Below are positions 38,451 through 52,018 of a stretch of 64,000 nt of DNA, piece by piece. The notes under the pieces were generated by a model. That model was not told the DNA's origin, made no database searches, and saw nothing but the letters and a program-made list of their open reading frames with translations. Origin of the DNA: Magallana gigas. Taxonomy: Eukaryota. The stretch is from assembly GCF_963853765.1 (NCBI RefSeq), contig NC_088854.1:56358001-56422000 (forward strand), read 5' to 3'. Every line of letters starts with the position of its first letter. The first letter of the stretch is position 1. A program made the translations under genes and the position numbers.

Positions 38451-39945
38451 CCTGAAACCTGAAAGTTGCAACAAAAGTACAAAAAGATAGACACATGTAA
38501 CTGTCGATAAAAGAAATTGATTTTCCTAGAATAGCCCATCACTAGCAAGCAGTGAGATTTACAGAGAACATAAAATCTCATCAAATAGGCTTGATCAGTC
38601 TGTATCTTGTTAAGATACGATTGATTTTTATTGCCATAAAAACAGACTGTAAGGCATTTATAGGCAAGGCATGCATAATAACCATCAGTGCTTGGTATTG
38701 ATTTCTATTTGAAGTCAGCAAAGTACAAAGAATGAATGTTGTGAAAACGGGTCATAGAAATATATGACACCAGATGCCTTCTGATATAAAATACCCCTGC
38801 CAATACAATCGTTTGCTGGTGCCAAAAAGATAAGAACCATTTGCAAGTCCAAAATATATATGATAATTATTTAAATTGTATTACATGTTTGGTGAGGGAA
38901 TTCCTCTCTTTGTAGCTGTACTATCTTGCTCCAAGTTTAACGGTTACCGTTAAAATTGATCATTTTAAAGACATGAGCACTATTCATCCTCGGGTAAAAT
39001 TAATGTACATTGTACATGTACAAACTGATGACTTCCGTGAAAGTTTATATTGATAATTTATTTGACATTATTTATAAACTTTTGCTTAGCAAAGATATAA
39101 TTCTCTTGGGGATTGGACAAGCGTATAAAACCCTCCAGCACGGTCCACTTCGAAGAGCAAGATTCAATAAATGTCATTAACTTTCTCTGGTGACACTTAA
39201 GTATTTTTTTTACCTTGCGCAGTTCAGTTTTCATAGCACGTCGTGAACACAGCAGCGGGAATGCGACAGTCTAGCAGCCACCTTGTTTACCTTTTACTTT
39301 CACTTTCACTACACGTGTCACACTTTCGTTGGTCAGTTTGTAGAGCGAACCCGATGGTAATTTTCATATTTTCAATTTACAATCGAGCACTTAACGCTTA
39401 AAATGTACTAACGAGTTTGTTTTATTTATAATGTTTAAAGTTTAACGGAATTTCAAAAGCACCATTAATTTAACAGAGGTGTCTATTAAAATAACAATCT
39501 ATTCTAAACAAATGTGTACAAGAATTGTGCAAGTGTTGAATTCCAGTATAATTTTGCCTAAATCAGCCATTACGCTGCCAAATAATAATTGAACTCACAT
39601 GTATAATTTTCCATTTATTTCAATTTACATATACATTAACATAGCAATTCTTACAAATACAATTATTTTCTCTGATCCCATAATATCACATTATATATTT
39701 AGTCCTAGTTTCATTTACTCAAAGGTCAGATTGACATACTCTGTACTTTACACATGTATTAGTACTACAATCATGCATTCTATTTGTCAAATATAGCACT
39801 AGTTTTTTCAATATAAAACTTTATTGCATCCTTGCAAAACGCAAATCACAAAAAGAACACATAAAAAGCCTCTGTCTCTGCAATAAGACTGAAACTTATG
39901 CGAGCAAATCAAGCTGGGACAGTGGAATATCATCATTACAAGATT

Positions 39946-42900
39946 TCAGGTATTTGTTTTTTTCTTTCTCTCCTTGAAGGAGTCAATAAGGGAGGTCACT
40001 TTCTGGGGTAGGGCCTCGTTAGTGGAGGGCGTGGCTCCCTCGGACTTTCCCCGATCCTCCTGCTCCTTGCTCTCTTTACGCTCACTGCCTCCCCACTGAT
40101 CCTTGCCAGAATCCTCATCACGCCCACCTTTCCTGCTGGATCGCTTTTTCTTGTGTTTTCTTTCCAGAAATCGTTTCTGATGGGCAAGAATTGGAAACAG
40201 TTCTACGAAGGAAAAGAAATGACAATATCAAATTACCTGTGCATGTTTACTTACATTTTTACCCTTAATATTTATAGGGAGAAAATCTTACATTAGGTTA
40301 AATGACAAAAAAAACTAATTTACATTGGAGAGCAACTATCTGATTAATATATTCCAATTAGTACATAAGTTTTGTACATTACCTGATCTTTCCATCAGAG
40401 CATTAGTGGCAGCGGCCATTTCAGCTTGTTGAATGCTGTGACCTATTCCAGTGGCCAGCCTCTCGTGTCTGAAGTATACAGCCACTGTGTACCGCCGAGT
40501 ATTGGTCGGACCAATAGACTCTATACACCTGAAAGTAACACAGAACTACTTTATGTTCATATAGGCTTAAAGAATCCACAATAAGATTTAAACTTGCTTG
40601 CAGAGTATATGTTTGAGGTCATAATTAGCATATTTAACTTGTCTTTATTTCTCTCTAAAATTTGTCTTTATTTCTCTCTAAAATTTGTCCATGCCTAATA
40701 TTAATTTTTGAGATGAAAGCAGAAAAAAATGCTGCTAATCTTTGGACTGCACCACAGAAACGGTACTAACTTGTAGACTGGGATGTCTGGCTCCCCTCCA
40801 TCCAGTTCCCTCAGGGTCAGGCAGCACTGCTGTAGCTGGGACTTGGGGTCATTCCAGTCTTGATTCAGGATGAAGTCCTACAAATAATGAAGATTATTAA
40901 TGCTTGTTATCATACAAGTGTATGTACATGAATATCATTCTATGAGCACTTCTTGTACACTTCTTGTACAGCTTTGTTATTGTACATTTTCTTTGAACAC
41001 TTGTAGAAATTGCATGTTGGAGAGGAGAAGATGGCTACTACTGACCTTTAACCTTGGGAAGAAGCAGACTTCACAGAACTTGTTGCACACCTCTACATCT
41101 TTGTCGACATACAGGGCACCGATAAAGGCTGCAATATAACAACCCACATCATGTCCATCAAAAAAATATGACTTTGCTTTTAGAAAAGTAGTGTACAAGG
41201 TATTGATATGAGAAGACCTGATTGTCACAGAATGAAGGCTGACAGTACAATATAACAATCACCCCATAACAACCAATCAATGAAATATTAGCTTGCTTTT
41301 AGGAAAGTTGTCTACCAGGTATTGATATATAAAGATTTGATTAGCACAAAATGGCACAAAGACTGAACCCACCCTCTAGTAAATCAGCCTTTTCTTTTGT
41401 CTTCTTGTCTTGTTTTTCTCCTTTAGAGTCAGAGAAGATGACATAATCAGAGATGCCCAGGTCATCACAGACAATGGACTGAGTCCGGTTATTGACTAGA
41501 GAACTCCTCAATAACTGAAATATACCGCTAGACCAATAAATCACAACAGAGTACTGCTAAACCATTCACACTAACATCACACACAAAAAGGTAAATGTTC
41601 ATGTAAATGTACTATTCTATTAAAGACAAGAAACCTAATTCACAAAATCACCATTTGCAAAATCACAAAATAAAGTTAATTACTCACTGAAAGATGTCCT
41701 TCGTGATGGTCAGGGAAATGCTTAAACAGATAATCTGAGGCCACTAACTGTAGCACTGTATCTCCCAGAAACTCAAGTCTCTGGTTATGTCCCCTGAAAA
41801 GAAAGCAGACAGATTGAAATACATGGCAGAGAATATCTCTAGACACTCTGAAAATCTTGCTGATACATGTAATAAAATTAATATATCTGATAATATAAGG
41901 ACATATTCTGACCACAGGTTTACTTACAGTGTTAGGTGATTGTATCCCACACTGCGCAGGGTAAAGGCCCGGGCTAGCAACCGAATATGGTCAAACTTTA
42001 CTCCAATGGACTCTTCAAATTTCACTAATTTCTGTTTTAAAAACCAAAATTCATTTTTTTTTTGTTGAGTCAGAATCATAAGTGAATAATAGATTATGCA
42101 TAATGTACATCTATTGAAACCAAATTCATAATTTCACGAAGGCCACATAAGTTTGATCATGGACCTGTAGGGTGGGGCTGGACTCGACCCAGTGGCGGTC
42201 CGACCCCGGCTCATCCTCCTGTAAGACGTGGAGGGGCAGGTCCCTCCAGATGTTAAGGTATTTATCCTCATCCTTAAACAGAGTCTCCGCAAACACCTTG
42301 TCTGCCAGGTCAATCCCTCCATCCATATACAGGGCTCCTGAAACAGATATAAATGGAAGGCACCATTATGTTTATCCTATAGCTATCTAAATTTATTTAC
42401 TTTGAGGTTAGAACTTTTACTGGTCACTTGGGCTTACAAAGAGAATTTTTACTGGTCCATAGAGAATTTCAGAAACATAATGGACCAAAATATTGATAAG
42501 ACTGAAAATAAATTAGGCCAGAGTGCAAACAGATTTCATAAACCCTAAATCCTTTATTGGAAATTTGTACATTTATCTGTGAGTGCAAACACATTTCATA
42601 AACCCTAAATCCTTTATTGGAAATTTGTACATGTATCTGCTCTTGCATCTGATGAATGTCAGTACCTAGCAGTGCCTCAAAACAGTTGGCCATGGCATGC
42701 TTCAGGTCAGATTCGTGACAGAGGTCAGGGCCGTGGGCATAAAGCATGTAGTTCTCCAGGTGTAGCTTCTGTTACAATGGAGAGTCAAAGGTTATTGAAA
42801 TCCTGTACACATCAGGAGCATTTCATATAAAGAAAGATATCTTATAGATCTGACAATAAAAAAATCATGTATACAAGACACTTTACAAGCATTTCAAATA

Positions 42901-45900
42901 GAAAAGATATTTTACAGTCGAGAATGACTTCGCGCTCACCTTTGCGAGTACGGCCAGCTGCTGATTCTGTACGAGTGCCGCTCGGTAAGTGGTGAGTCCA
43001 CCCTCCTCCAGGTAAGGAAACATGTAGAATAGATGAACACTATCGAACAGGACAAAACAGACAAATCAAGCAAACATTATAAACACTGCATACACACTGA
43101 ATCAAGGTTCTTCATTTTAGAAATCTTTATTGCAACTCAATTCAGACAGTTTTAATGCATATTATTTTTGTTACAAATTTTCATCATTGAAATGTTGATC
43201 AGCTCAAAGAGACAAGGACATTAAGATTCAATGTAATCCATAAGAGGTAATATTCAAAATGATACACAAGGTACCTATTTAAATGTTATAAGGCCTGACC
43301 TTGTGATGAACTCGACCACAGCGTCCCCGAGATACTCCAGTCTCTCATTGTGAGGAATCTCTGATGAACACTCATCCTGCTTCCCGAGGCGGGACATGAT
43401 GTTGATTAGAATGTTGATCCCTGTCAAATAGATTTCACAGACTCAATATGAATTAAGTTAACACAAACCAACTACCAGAGACTCAATATGAAGTAAATTA
43501 ATCCAAACTAAAATCATCTACTATAAAATGATTGGCCACTTGTTAAACTAAGGTAATTTTGTTGTACTTCTACAATAAATTGTTATCGTACCTTTCTTTC
43601 TTGTATGGACATAGTGGATTTTTCGATCTCCGTACTCAAGCTGACGAACCCCGCAGTTTGACAGGGAATTTCTAGCATGATCGGGATTAGTTCCATAATT
43701 GACTTTATATGAAGTATGAGTCAAGGCCAGCTATAAATATCAAGATACAGATTTTATGTTCTTTACATTGTATGCCTTATCAAATTTTAATAATACCAAC
43801 AATTTTCAAGATTAAAATGTATATACTTTTTTCATCAGCACAAAGATACTTTATGTTCAGTTTGCATAGGGTAAGTACCAGTGTATAATACTAGATGCTG
43901 ACATTTGTATATATTTATCTCCCTTTACCTGCAAGAGTTGTGGGTCTTTGAATTGGTAGTTGATTTCTTTCTGCAGCTGTCTTATACAGAGATGAAATCT
44001 CAGGTGTCCCAGTAGAACAGGCATCAGCATAGCATGCTGTAAATTGCATAGATGAAAATTTCCATAACAAATTAAAATAATAACAATGCCTCAATGAGTT
44101 TACAGTATTCATAATTTAAATTACAGTTAATAGTAACCTTCAGCTACAGACATAATTTTAGAGATACCAAAATGTACAAAATTACAGTTACAAGTTACTT
44201 TACCTGTATGAGGTAACAGTTACATGCTTATCTATCTGAATGAGTTTACAAACTTAATCTAAGTTTTATTGTTATATTCCGGTTAACAGTTACATGTTAA
44301 CTAAACTGTACAAGTTAAAGTTACACAAGTTTACAATTGCACTGACATTAGTGTTTTAACTTTTACAATGAACGATTTCTGATGTACGTAAGTTTACTAT
44401 TATATGTTAAATAGCCAGACCTGTGTGAGTTTACAGTGACATGGTTATCTTCCTTGAATGAACTTTTAAGTAACATATTTGTGATAATAGTTACATTTTA
44501 ACTACCTGTATAAGTTTACAGTTACATGTAAACTACCATATAACTTTAAAGTTACATGTACATTACCTTTATACATTTACAGTTACGTGTACATTAGCTC
44601 TGTAACTTTACAATTACATGTTCTTTACCTGTATGGATTTACCGTTACATGTACACCATGAACAAACAAATACTCTTCATATATAAGTTTCTAGCAACAT
44701 GTACACTACCTGCATAAGCATACAGCTATATGTACATGTAAACAACCAGTTTGAGTTACGTACATGTATGAGTCTACAGCTACATGTAAACAACCTGTAT
44801 GAGTTTACAGTTACATGTAAACTACAAGTATGAGTTTACAGTTACGTGTAAACCTACCTGAGTGATGTCAGATCTAATCCCTGTTCTCAGGAATCCTTCA
44901 CTACTGATCTCCACAGTGACTTCTCTTTTCATAGAACTACAAAAACAAGAACATTTGTTTCAATAACAAGCTTAAAATCTTTAACATGTCAACATGCTCT
45001 GTCAAATAGGGAATGCCTACTGTGTACAGTATTGGGGGGTTACCTTTTCATTCTAAGATCCTGTAGGTACTTCTCCTTTGCCTCTAGTTTCTGTTTGTCT
45101 GTGAAGGTGACCTTGGGTTTACTGTTCAGCAGGTGCTTGAACTTGACATATTGTTTCCAGGTTCTCTGATAACTAAAAAGATTGTGATGAAGTCATTAAG
45201 TAACATAAATTCTATGTACAGGTGCACAATATATGACAACGAATAAGTTACATACATGCACTGCCCATGGGCAGAGCTATTAGTATACATACTTGGGATC
45301 CCCAGCATAGCTGAGCTGAGCAGGTCTGATTCCGAAGTGAATAATGAGTGGGAATTGTATTAAGTGATTTTCATCCTGGTTTCTGTCTAACTGGTCAATT
45401 CTAATACTGGAAGGTTTCTACAATATTTAAATATATTCCCAAAATATGCAAGTCAAGTACATTAAGCAAAATTCTGAAATCTAATATTTTTAAGATAAAT
45501 GTGCATAAATATACATAGAAAGAGCTGTATTATGATAGGGAGTGAGATTTATCTGTGTTGTATTTCCCACCTTTCCAGGGAAAGTGACCACACTCCCCCG
45601 CACTTCATCCACAAAGCCCTGCCACTCGTGGACATCGTACTTCAGGATCTGGGCGAGTTCCGTCTCCTCCAGCAGAGGCTTGGAGCTCTTCAGTAGGTAC
45701 GTCAGCACGTCGTTCATAGACAGGATCTCCTTACCATTCTCTGATAGATATCAAGACAAACATCATTCCAATACTGGTGATGCTAGGATAAATTAAACTT
45801 AGAGGGACCATCAGAAAAAGCTTAATTAACAGTCTAAGAGTCCAAGAGATGGAAAGATGAAAAACAGAAAATTATCGCTCATTATGATATAAAAATCTCA

Positions 45901-48900
45901 TTTGGCAGATTTGAATATCTATATTGTTCTTGGATTGCACAGACACATATTTTTTTGTACTTTTTATTAGTTACAATTTCTCACTCATAAGATATTCATT
46001 TCCTGAAGGTTAAGGTAGTTAAATCACATTTTTTTCTCACCTGGCAAAAGCCTTGCAAACCGCGGCATGAGATGGAATCGGTTACAGTGTTCATTTGTCC
46101 CCGGACCTTTCCAGTCCAGGTCAACCAGCTCCAAAATTTCATCAAATAAAAACTGCTGAAACAGGTCCAGACTCTTCACTGTGAAATTCTGTTAAAGATA
46201 CATATTTTTTAAAGAACTTGGATTAGTGATTTATCTGACTTACAAATGGCTAACAAAACCTTTCAATTGAACACAATGTTTTATTTTAACACATCAAACC
46301 AAACTGTAATGAACTGGCGTGCAACTTTAAAGTTGTAGGTAACCCTTACTGCTCTATATACATGTCCATATGCTATTGTGCACTTACATCTGGAATGGGT
46401 TCTTCGATGAAATGAATTGTGTAGTCTATGTTAAATCGTATCACCCTGCAAGTAGGTATCTGTAACAAGAGACACACAAAACAGTTAGGTTAATTTTGTT
46501 AAACATCCCAGATTTACAGAAGTGTCTGGACAGAATCAAGCTGTGCTTACATTCTCCAGCTTCTCATGAGACAGCAAAGAAAATCCCTCAAAGATGTACT
46601 CATGGTTGTCATGCTCAATGATGGTGGGGGCCTTTGTCTGCGATGAAAAATTATAACATTCGAGTGAGCAAGTCTACATGATTAAGTTTATATCTAAAAA
46701 TCCTCATTACTACATTGTATCTATCAATTAAGGGTACACTGCTGAAAAACTTGCTGGGATAATTTAATGAACATTGTTAGGTCCTCTTTCATTTTTATGT
46801 TAAATGTAGAAAAAAATACATGTAATTCAGACGCTAATTATACTCACCAGGAAGTTAGTGGGCGGGGACATGGTGATTTTGTAGTGAAAGAGTTTATCAC
46901 TGTTGTTACTGTGGGGGTCACAGCGGGGAATTGCCTGTAAAAGAATCCAAACAGACACACAGTAAATTTAAACAGCCAAATGATTTAAAACAAAGAAATC
47001 TATAAATTGCAAGGAAACAAAAAATATAAACCAAAAACTTACCTTTTCGCCAGGATACTTGCTGTGTCTAATTCCTGATTTTTGAGACTTCAGACTACAC
47101 TTACATAATGGCCCATCATTCAGCTATATTCAAATGATATAATCATTAATGAACATAAAATATGACAGACAATACACATACACATTTACAATAGTTGTAA
47201 CTGTACATAAAAAACTTGTATGTAGGATGACTCTTACCTCCCCTTGGTCATTGTACCACAGGTCGTCATGGAGACGATAGGGGTGCTTCTTGCGTTTGTT
47301 GAGGGCGTCCAGCCACTCCTCCTCTTTGCTATCCTCCTCCCCTTCCTCCTCAGAATCCTCTTCAGAGCTGCTGGAACTACTGCTCTCAGAACCTGCAACA
47401 CAGCAGCATGAACACTTAATAAAACTAGACGAAAAATGATATTTAGAGGTCTAATGAATAAAGAGTGCTTCAAAAGCGGTATTTAAGGTCATCAAAATGC
47501 TTCGTTGAGAGGTTGAGGATAATAACCTTAACCGCTCTATAACTTGTGGGCCTTGTTTTACCTGAGTGGTGGTGATGGTGGTGGCTTTCCATCACTGGGT
47601 ACTTGGGGATTTCCACAGGAGGTTTGGACTCTCTGACCCGTGCCGACCTCTGAACAAGGTCCGTCTCAAACTTCTCCACCAAGTCCTGCATTCTCTTTGT
47701 AGCATTGAAGCAGCCAGTCTGAAAAACATATATAGAGTTTAGAATTCAAACATATTTATAAATGTTAGTAACAAAGAAAGACAAAGGGTTACTGGTGAAA
47801 GGTAAAGGATAAAATACCGGTAGGTTAAACTGGCCTATTCATCAATGAGAGATTCCTATGGTCTAGTAGTTACTGGTAAGAGATGAGAGATTTACATGTA
47901 CAGTATTATACATGCCTCTAAGCCTCTCAATCTTAGAGAGATTCCTAGCATAAAGTACCTCATTGTTTCTCCTGAAGTAAAGGTCAGCAGGGGAGCACCT
48001 GAGCCAGGCGGGAATGATCTCCTCGGGCAGTTCTATCTCGTCCTGACCGTTCAGCACGTCATACGACGAGCGGCTGTCCGACTGCCGTGCCCGGTCTCTC
48101 CGGATGGGACTTCTAGATCTCCGTGGACTGGATCTCCTGCTTGGAAAAAAAACATGACTCGTACATACACAGAATTGACACATTCACTTATTAACCTTAC
48201 AGACTTTTAAAATCATACATGAAATGAATCCCTGCTATCATATACTGGTACAATATGCATTCAAATGTTTCCATACATTAAAGCACTAAATGATTTAAAG
48301 AAATGTTGATGAACTCAAATGCTTCAAAATGTTCCATGCAGGTTTTTCAGATATACTTCATAATAAACATTTACTGGATCATTGTCACTTTAGCAATAGC
48401 TTCAATTTTACCAATGATAAAAATCAGTACCTTTCTTTGGCATTTCTAGATGATGGTCTTGGGGGACTGCAAAAAGAATAAGATAAATCTGTTAAAAAGC
48501 AATAATCCTTTCATTACAATTAAACACATACATGTATATGAAAGCATCATCTCAAAAAGAGGAAATACATGTATGAAGTTTCCCCCCCATAAAATATGAA
48601 ACTGAAAACAACATGTCAGAATGAGTATTGATGACCACCAAACTCTCAACCCTTATAGATCAAAGATCTATACTCAAAATTTCTGCATTTTTATTCTGTC
48701 ATTTTACAATTTAACTGGTTTAAAGACACCTTGGGATGACCTTGACCTGTGGAAGTCCTTAACTGACCTTGGCCTGCGTCTGTCTGGTCGGTATTGCCGG
48801 CTATCTCTGGAGTCTGTGCTCCTGTCTCTGGAGTCTGTGCTTCTGTCCCGGTCCATCCGACCTCTGTCACGACCTCCACGCTCAGACTTCCTGTCATATG

Positions 48901-51564
48901 ACCTCCCATCTCTTCTGTCCCCAGAACTCTTAGAGTCACTTCTTCTTTCTCTTGTCCTGCTGTCATCTCTGTCAAAAAATTTACATGAAAATAGAGTACA
49001 TGTAAATCATTTGTATGAAAATCAATGTTTGGCAAAACAAAGAAATACATGGCATATCCAATGAGGGTCACAGTAACAAAAGTTTTGATTTTGTCGGCTA
49101 AATCTGGCATGGGTTGTAGAGGAGCAGAGTGGATCGTAAACCCTTGGCTAGCAAAGATGAACCTTACCCCTTATATTAATTTTGCATAAATTACTCAGTA
49201 TAGTGAAACATCACCCTGACCTGTCTCCACGGTCCGATCTCCCAGGATTCCTTCTGTCTCTTCTGTCCTCTCGACCTGAGCGATCTCTGTCCCTCCTACT
49301 GCGATCCTCCTTCCTGTTGCCCTGGCTGACCACAGGAGAGGGGAGGCCTGCCTGGTTCTGACCCATAGAAGACATCCCCTGCTGAAACAGCCCTGCCTGG
49401 AGACCCATCATGTTTTGGGCTACACCTGACATGAGACCAGGGGCTCGCATGCCTGGTGCATCTAGTATACCTAGTCCTGACCCTGGGGGTGGTAGCTGAA
49501 GAAGAAGATTTAGTCAACTGTAGAAAAAAACACAAACTATTGAAAGTTAAATTTTTAAACTCAAAAGAAAACCAATAGGTGGGTCCTCAGTACTGTACTG
49601 AAAATTCACATCTGTATAATACGTGGAATTCTTTATTTAGAACAGCAATTGACAGACATTTAAACAGCAATTGAGCAATCTATAATTTTACATTGCTTAT
49701 GTCCACCCATTATCTCAAGCCATGGTTAAGAGTTAGCATAGCTCCCTCCTACCCAATAAAGTATTGTCATCTGTTACGTAATATTCTAATCGGTTTTGAT
49801 TTTACACAAAGCGAGCTGTTACCTCATCAGCAGTAAAAAAAATGTTTTACATACTGCAATTGGATAATAAAAGGTCACATCAAAGGTCAATCTCAGACAA
49901 TGCTTTACTCGCATTGGTCAATACTTTAATGAACTACAAGATATTCTTGTTTCATGCAACAACAGCCAGATGGGGGAGAATCATACATATTGACTGTGGT
50001 TTGTGACGATTTCTATCAAATACACTGATACTGTAACATTCGACACTGAAAAATAGGATTTACTGTGGTATATTTGTAATTGCTTCATTAATTAATGCAA
50101 GATTTTTCAATTTTTAATTGTTTGGTCATTTGTCATTATAATCTTGCTATTTTTAAATAAATTATATTAACATTTATTACATAATATTTTTAAACTTTGG
50201 ATGAAAATTCTTTAAACCTGTAAATTTAATCCAGGAATTATTGGTGACATCCCTCTTTGAAGCAACTGATTGGCTCCTGCCATTATACTGCCTGGACCTT
50301 GTAGCATTTGATTGGCCCCTGTCATATTGACTCCAGCAGCTGACATCATTTGATTGGCTCCTTGCTGCATCATCTGAAGGTTTGCCATAGCTTGGTTGGC
50401 CATTCCTTGTCGCAGTCCCTGCAGACCTTGTGCTCTAGGATTCCACATTGCAGACCCTGAAACAAAGATAAGAAATATGATATAACCGTGAAAGCTTGTC
50501 GTATTTTATGCATTATATTTATGGTTGCATGGACCAACAGTCTGTATAGACTTCATGATAATGTAATAAAATGGGGGTTACATGAAACTTGCTGTTTCAG
50601 TGTAGTAGCAAACAGACTGTCAGTTATGTATACCGTATCAATTTCTGAAATTGTGTCCATGTAAAAATAATCCATGCTATTTTACATTTGACTGCACATG
50701 ATTTTTTGATATTGCACAAACACAATAGCCCCCCTCCCCCTTAAAAGTAATTTGTAAACCTGCTGCATTGAACAGTTGCATGTTGGGTGCTACAGGCATC
50801 TGGAGACCCATCATCTGCTGCAAGTTGTTGGGAGACCTTCCCTGCAGTAACATGTTGTTCTGTGGTAGCATTCCTTGGTTTGGATGTGGAGACATGTTGT
50901 TCCCTGACCCCTGTAATGTAAAGAAATTTAATTCAAGATGTTTCATGTTTTTCTTAACATCAGTTATTTGCAAATTAACTTTTATTATATTTCATTATTG
51001 TCAAGAGGGTGAAATCAACTGAAAAAAAACCCTGAACTTTATTTATTTTACAACGATTGATAAACAAGTTCTACAACTTATATTAATATCTCTCGTTGGC
51101 ACGGATGTTAGTGCGAGGGGGTCACTGGTGTGGGAAGAAGCCGGAGTACCCGGAGAGAACCCACGTGTCCAAGCGGGCGACCACCATACCCTATCACATA
51201 CAACCACTATCGATCACGGGGATCAAACTCGGGTCGCAGTGGTGAGAAGCGAGTGCAATGTCCACTACGCTACTTGGACACCTAGAAATCAACTCATTTG
51301 AAGACATTTTAAAAAAATAATGTAAAAGGTGAGAAAATGCAGGAATAAAAACAAAAGATTCAAACAAAACTAGACCCCCACCTTCTGATAGTCTTTTTTT
51401 GTCCAAAAAAAAAACACCATTAAAAACATATTCTCTGCCTCTAAAATGCTGCTGTTAGTGTTAAATTGCAATAGCTCTATAGGTACAATTCATTTCTTCC
51501 GCAAATGATAAAGCTAGAATATTGACTTCAAGTTAATCCACCTTACCCTTCCATCATTCCTCAT
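39946..51564 (-). CDS. DROSHA: Ribonuclease III Drosha, about 1359 aa, 31 coding exons
   Basis: Exons 51564-51547, 50910-50760, 50456-50218, 49495-49221, 48968-48768, 48466-48431, 48139-47959, 47718-47562, 47392-47238, 47123-47043, 46934-46848, 46637-46551, 46459-46388, 46188-46041, 45740-45571, 45417-45293, 45172-45044, 44936-44858, 44036-43929, 43730-43592, 43420-43300, 43039-42940, 42768-42666, 42337-42165, 42031-41928, 41793-41688, 41514-41373, 41128-41046, 40877-40771, 40528-40383, 40202-39946. Phases are consistent throughout. RS domain, two RNase III signatures ([30 protein letters not shown]) and a dsRBD ([13 protein letters not shown]...[11 protein letters not shown]). The first exon is the least certain. 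Confidence 0.95.
42521..42640. repeat. 60-bp tandem duplication in a Drosha intron
   Basis: 42521-42580 and 42581-42640 differ at about 3 positions. Confidence 0.9.
44190..44856. repeat. Degenerate minisatellite built on TTTACAGTTACATGTA-like units in a Drosha intron
   Basis: Many imperfect copies of GTTACATGTA / GAGTTTACAG. Confidence 0.75.
51080..51282 (-). mobile_element. tRNA-derived SINE in Drosha intron 1
   Basis: The minus strand begins GGTGTCCAAGTAGCGTAGTGG (A box) with GTTTGATCCCC (B box), followed by GGGTTCTCTCCGGGTACTCCGGCTTCTTCCCAC, a widely shared SINE central segment. Confidence 0.8.
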
Positions 51565-52018
51565 TTCTTGGTTTCCAAAGAAATTCATTGCAAGGGGAAA
51601 TATTGCTTTTCAATGGCACATAACTCAACAATTTTTCTTCTCCTCATTTTCCATTTTCTCAAATATCCCGATGACGAGCCCGATGAAATTAATTTGATCG
51701 GGATCGGTATTTTTAGTCGGGGACTACCAGACGAGTATTTGCTTATTTGCAAAAGATGCTCATATGCTTTTAATGGCCTGGTTCGTCCTGTAATTTACTC
51801 ATAGATTTACATAGGTAGTTTACATGAGAATTTTGCAGCTTTGACACAATGAACCCGTAACATATTCACCTACGAATCTAATCATACACGATCAAATTCA
51901 TAGCTTTCAATTTCATATGATCTAGATCTTTACACACACCGGGTCAATCATTAGGACATTATCAAACACCCTCAGGGGTCAGGGCTTCTTCCAAATCCTG
52001 GTTTCTCGTTGGTATAAG

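Noticed and set aside
39020-39045. CTGATGA...GAAA hammerhead ribozyme-like core
   Set aside because: Stem II and the flanking stems cannot form.
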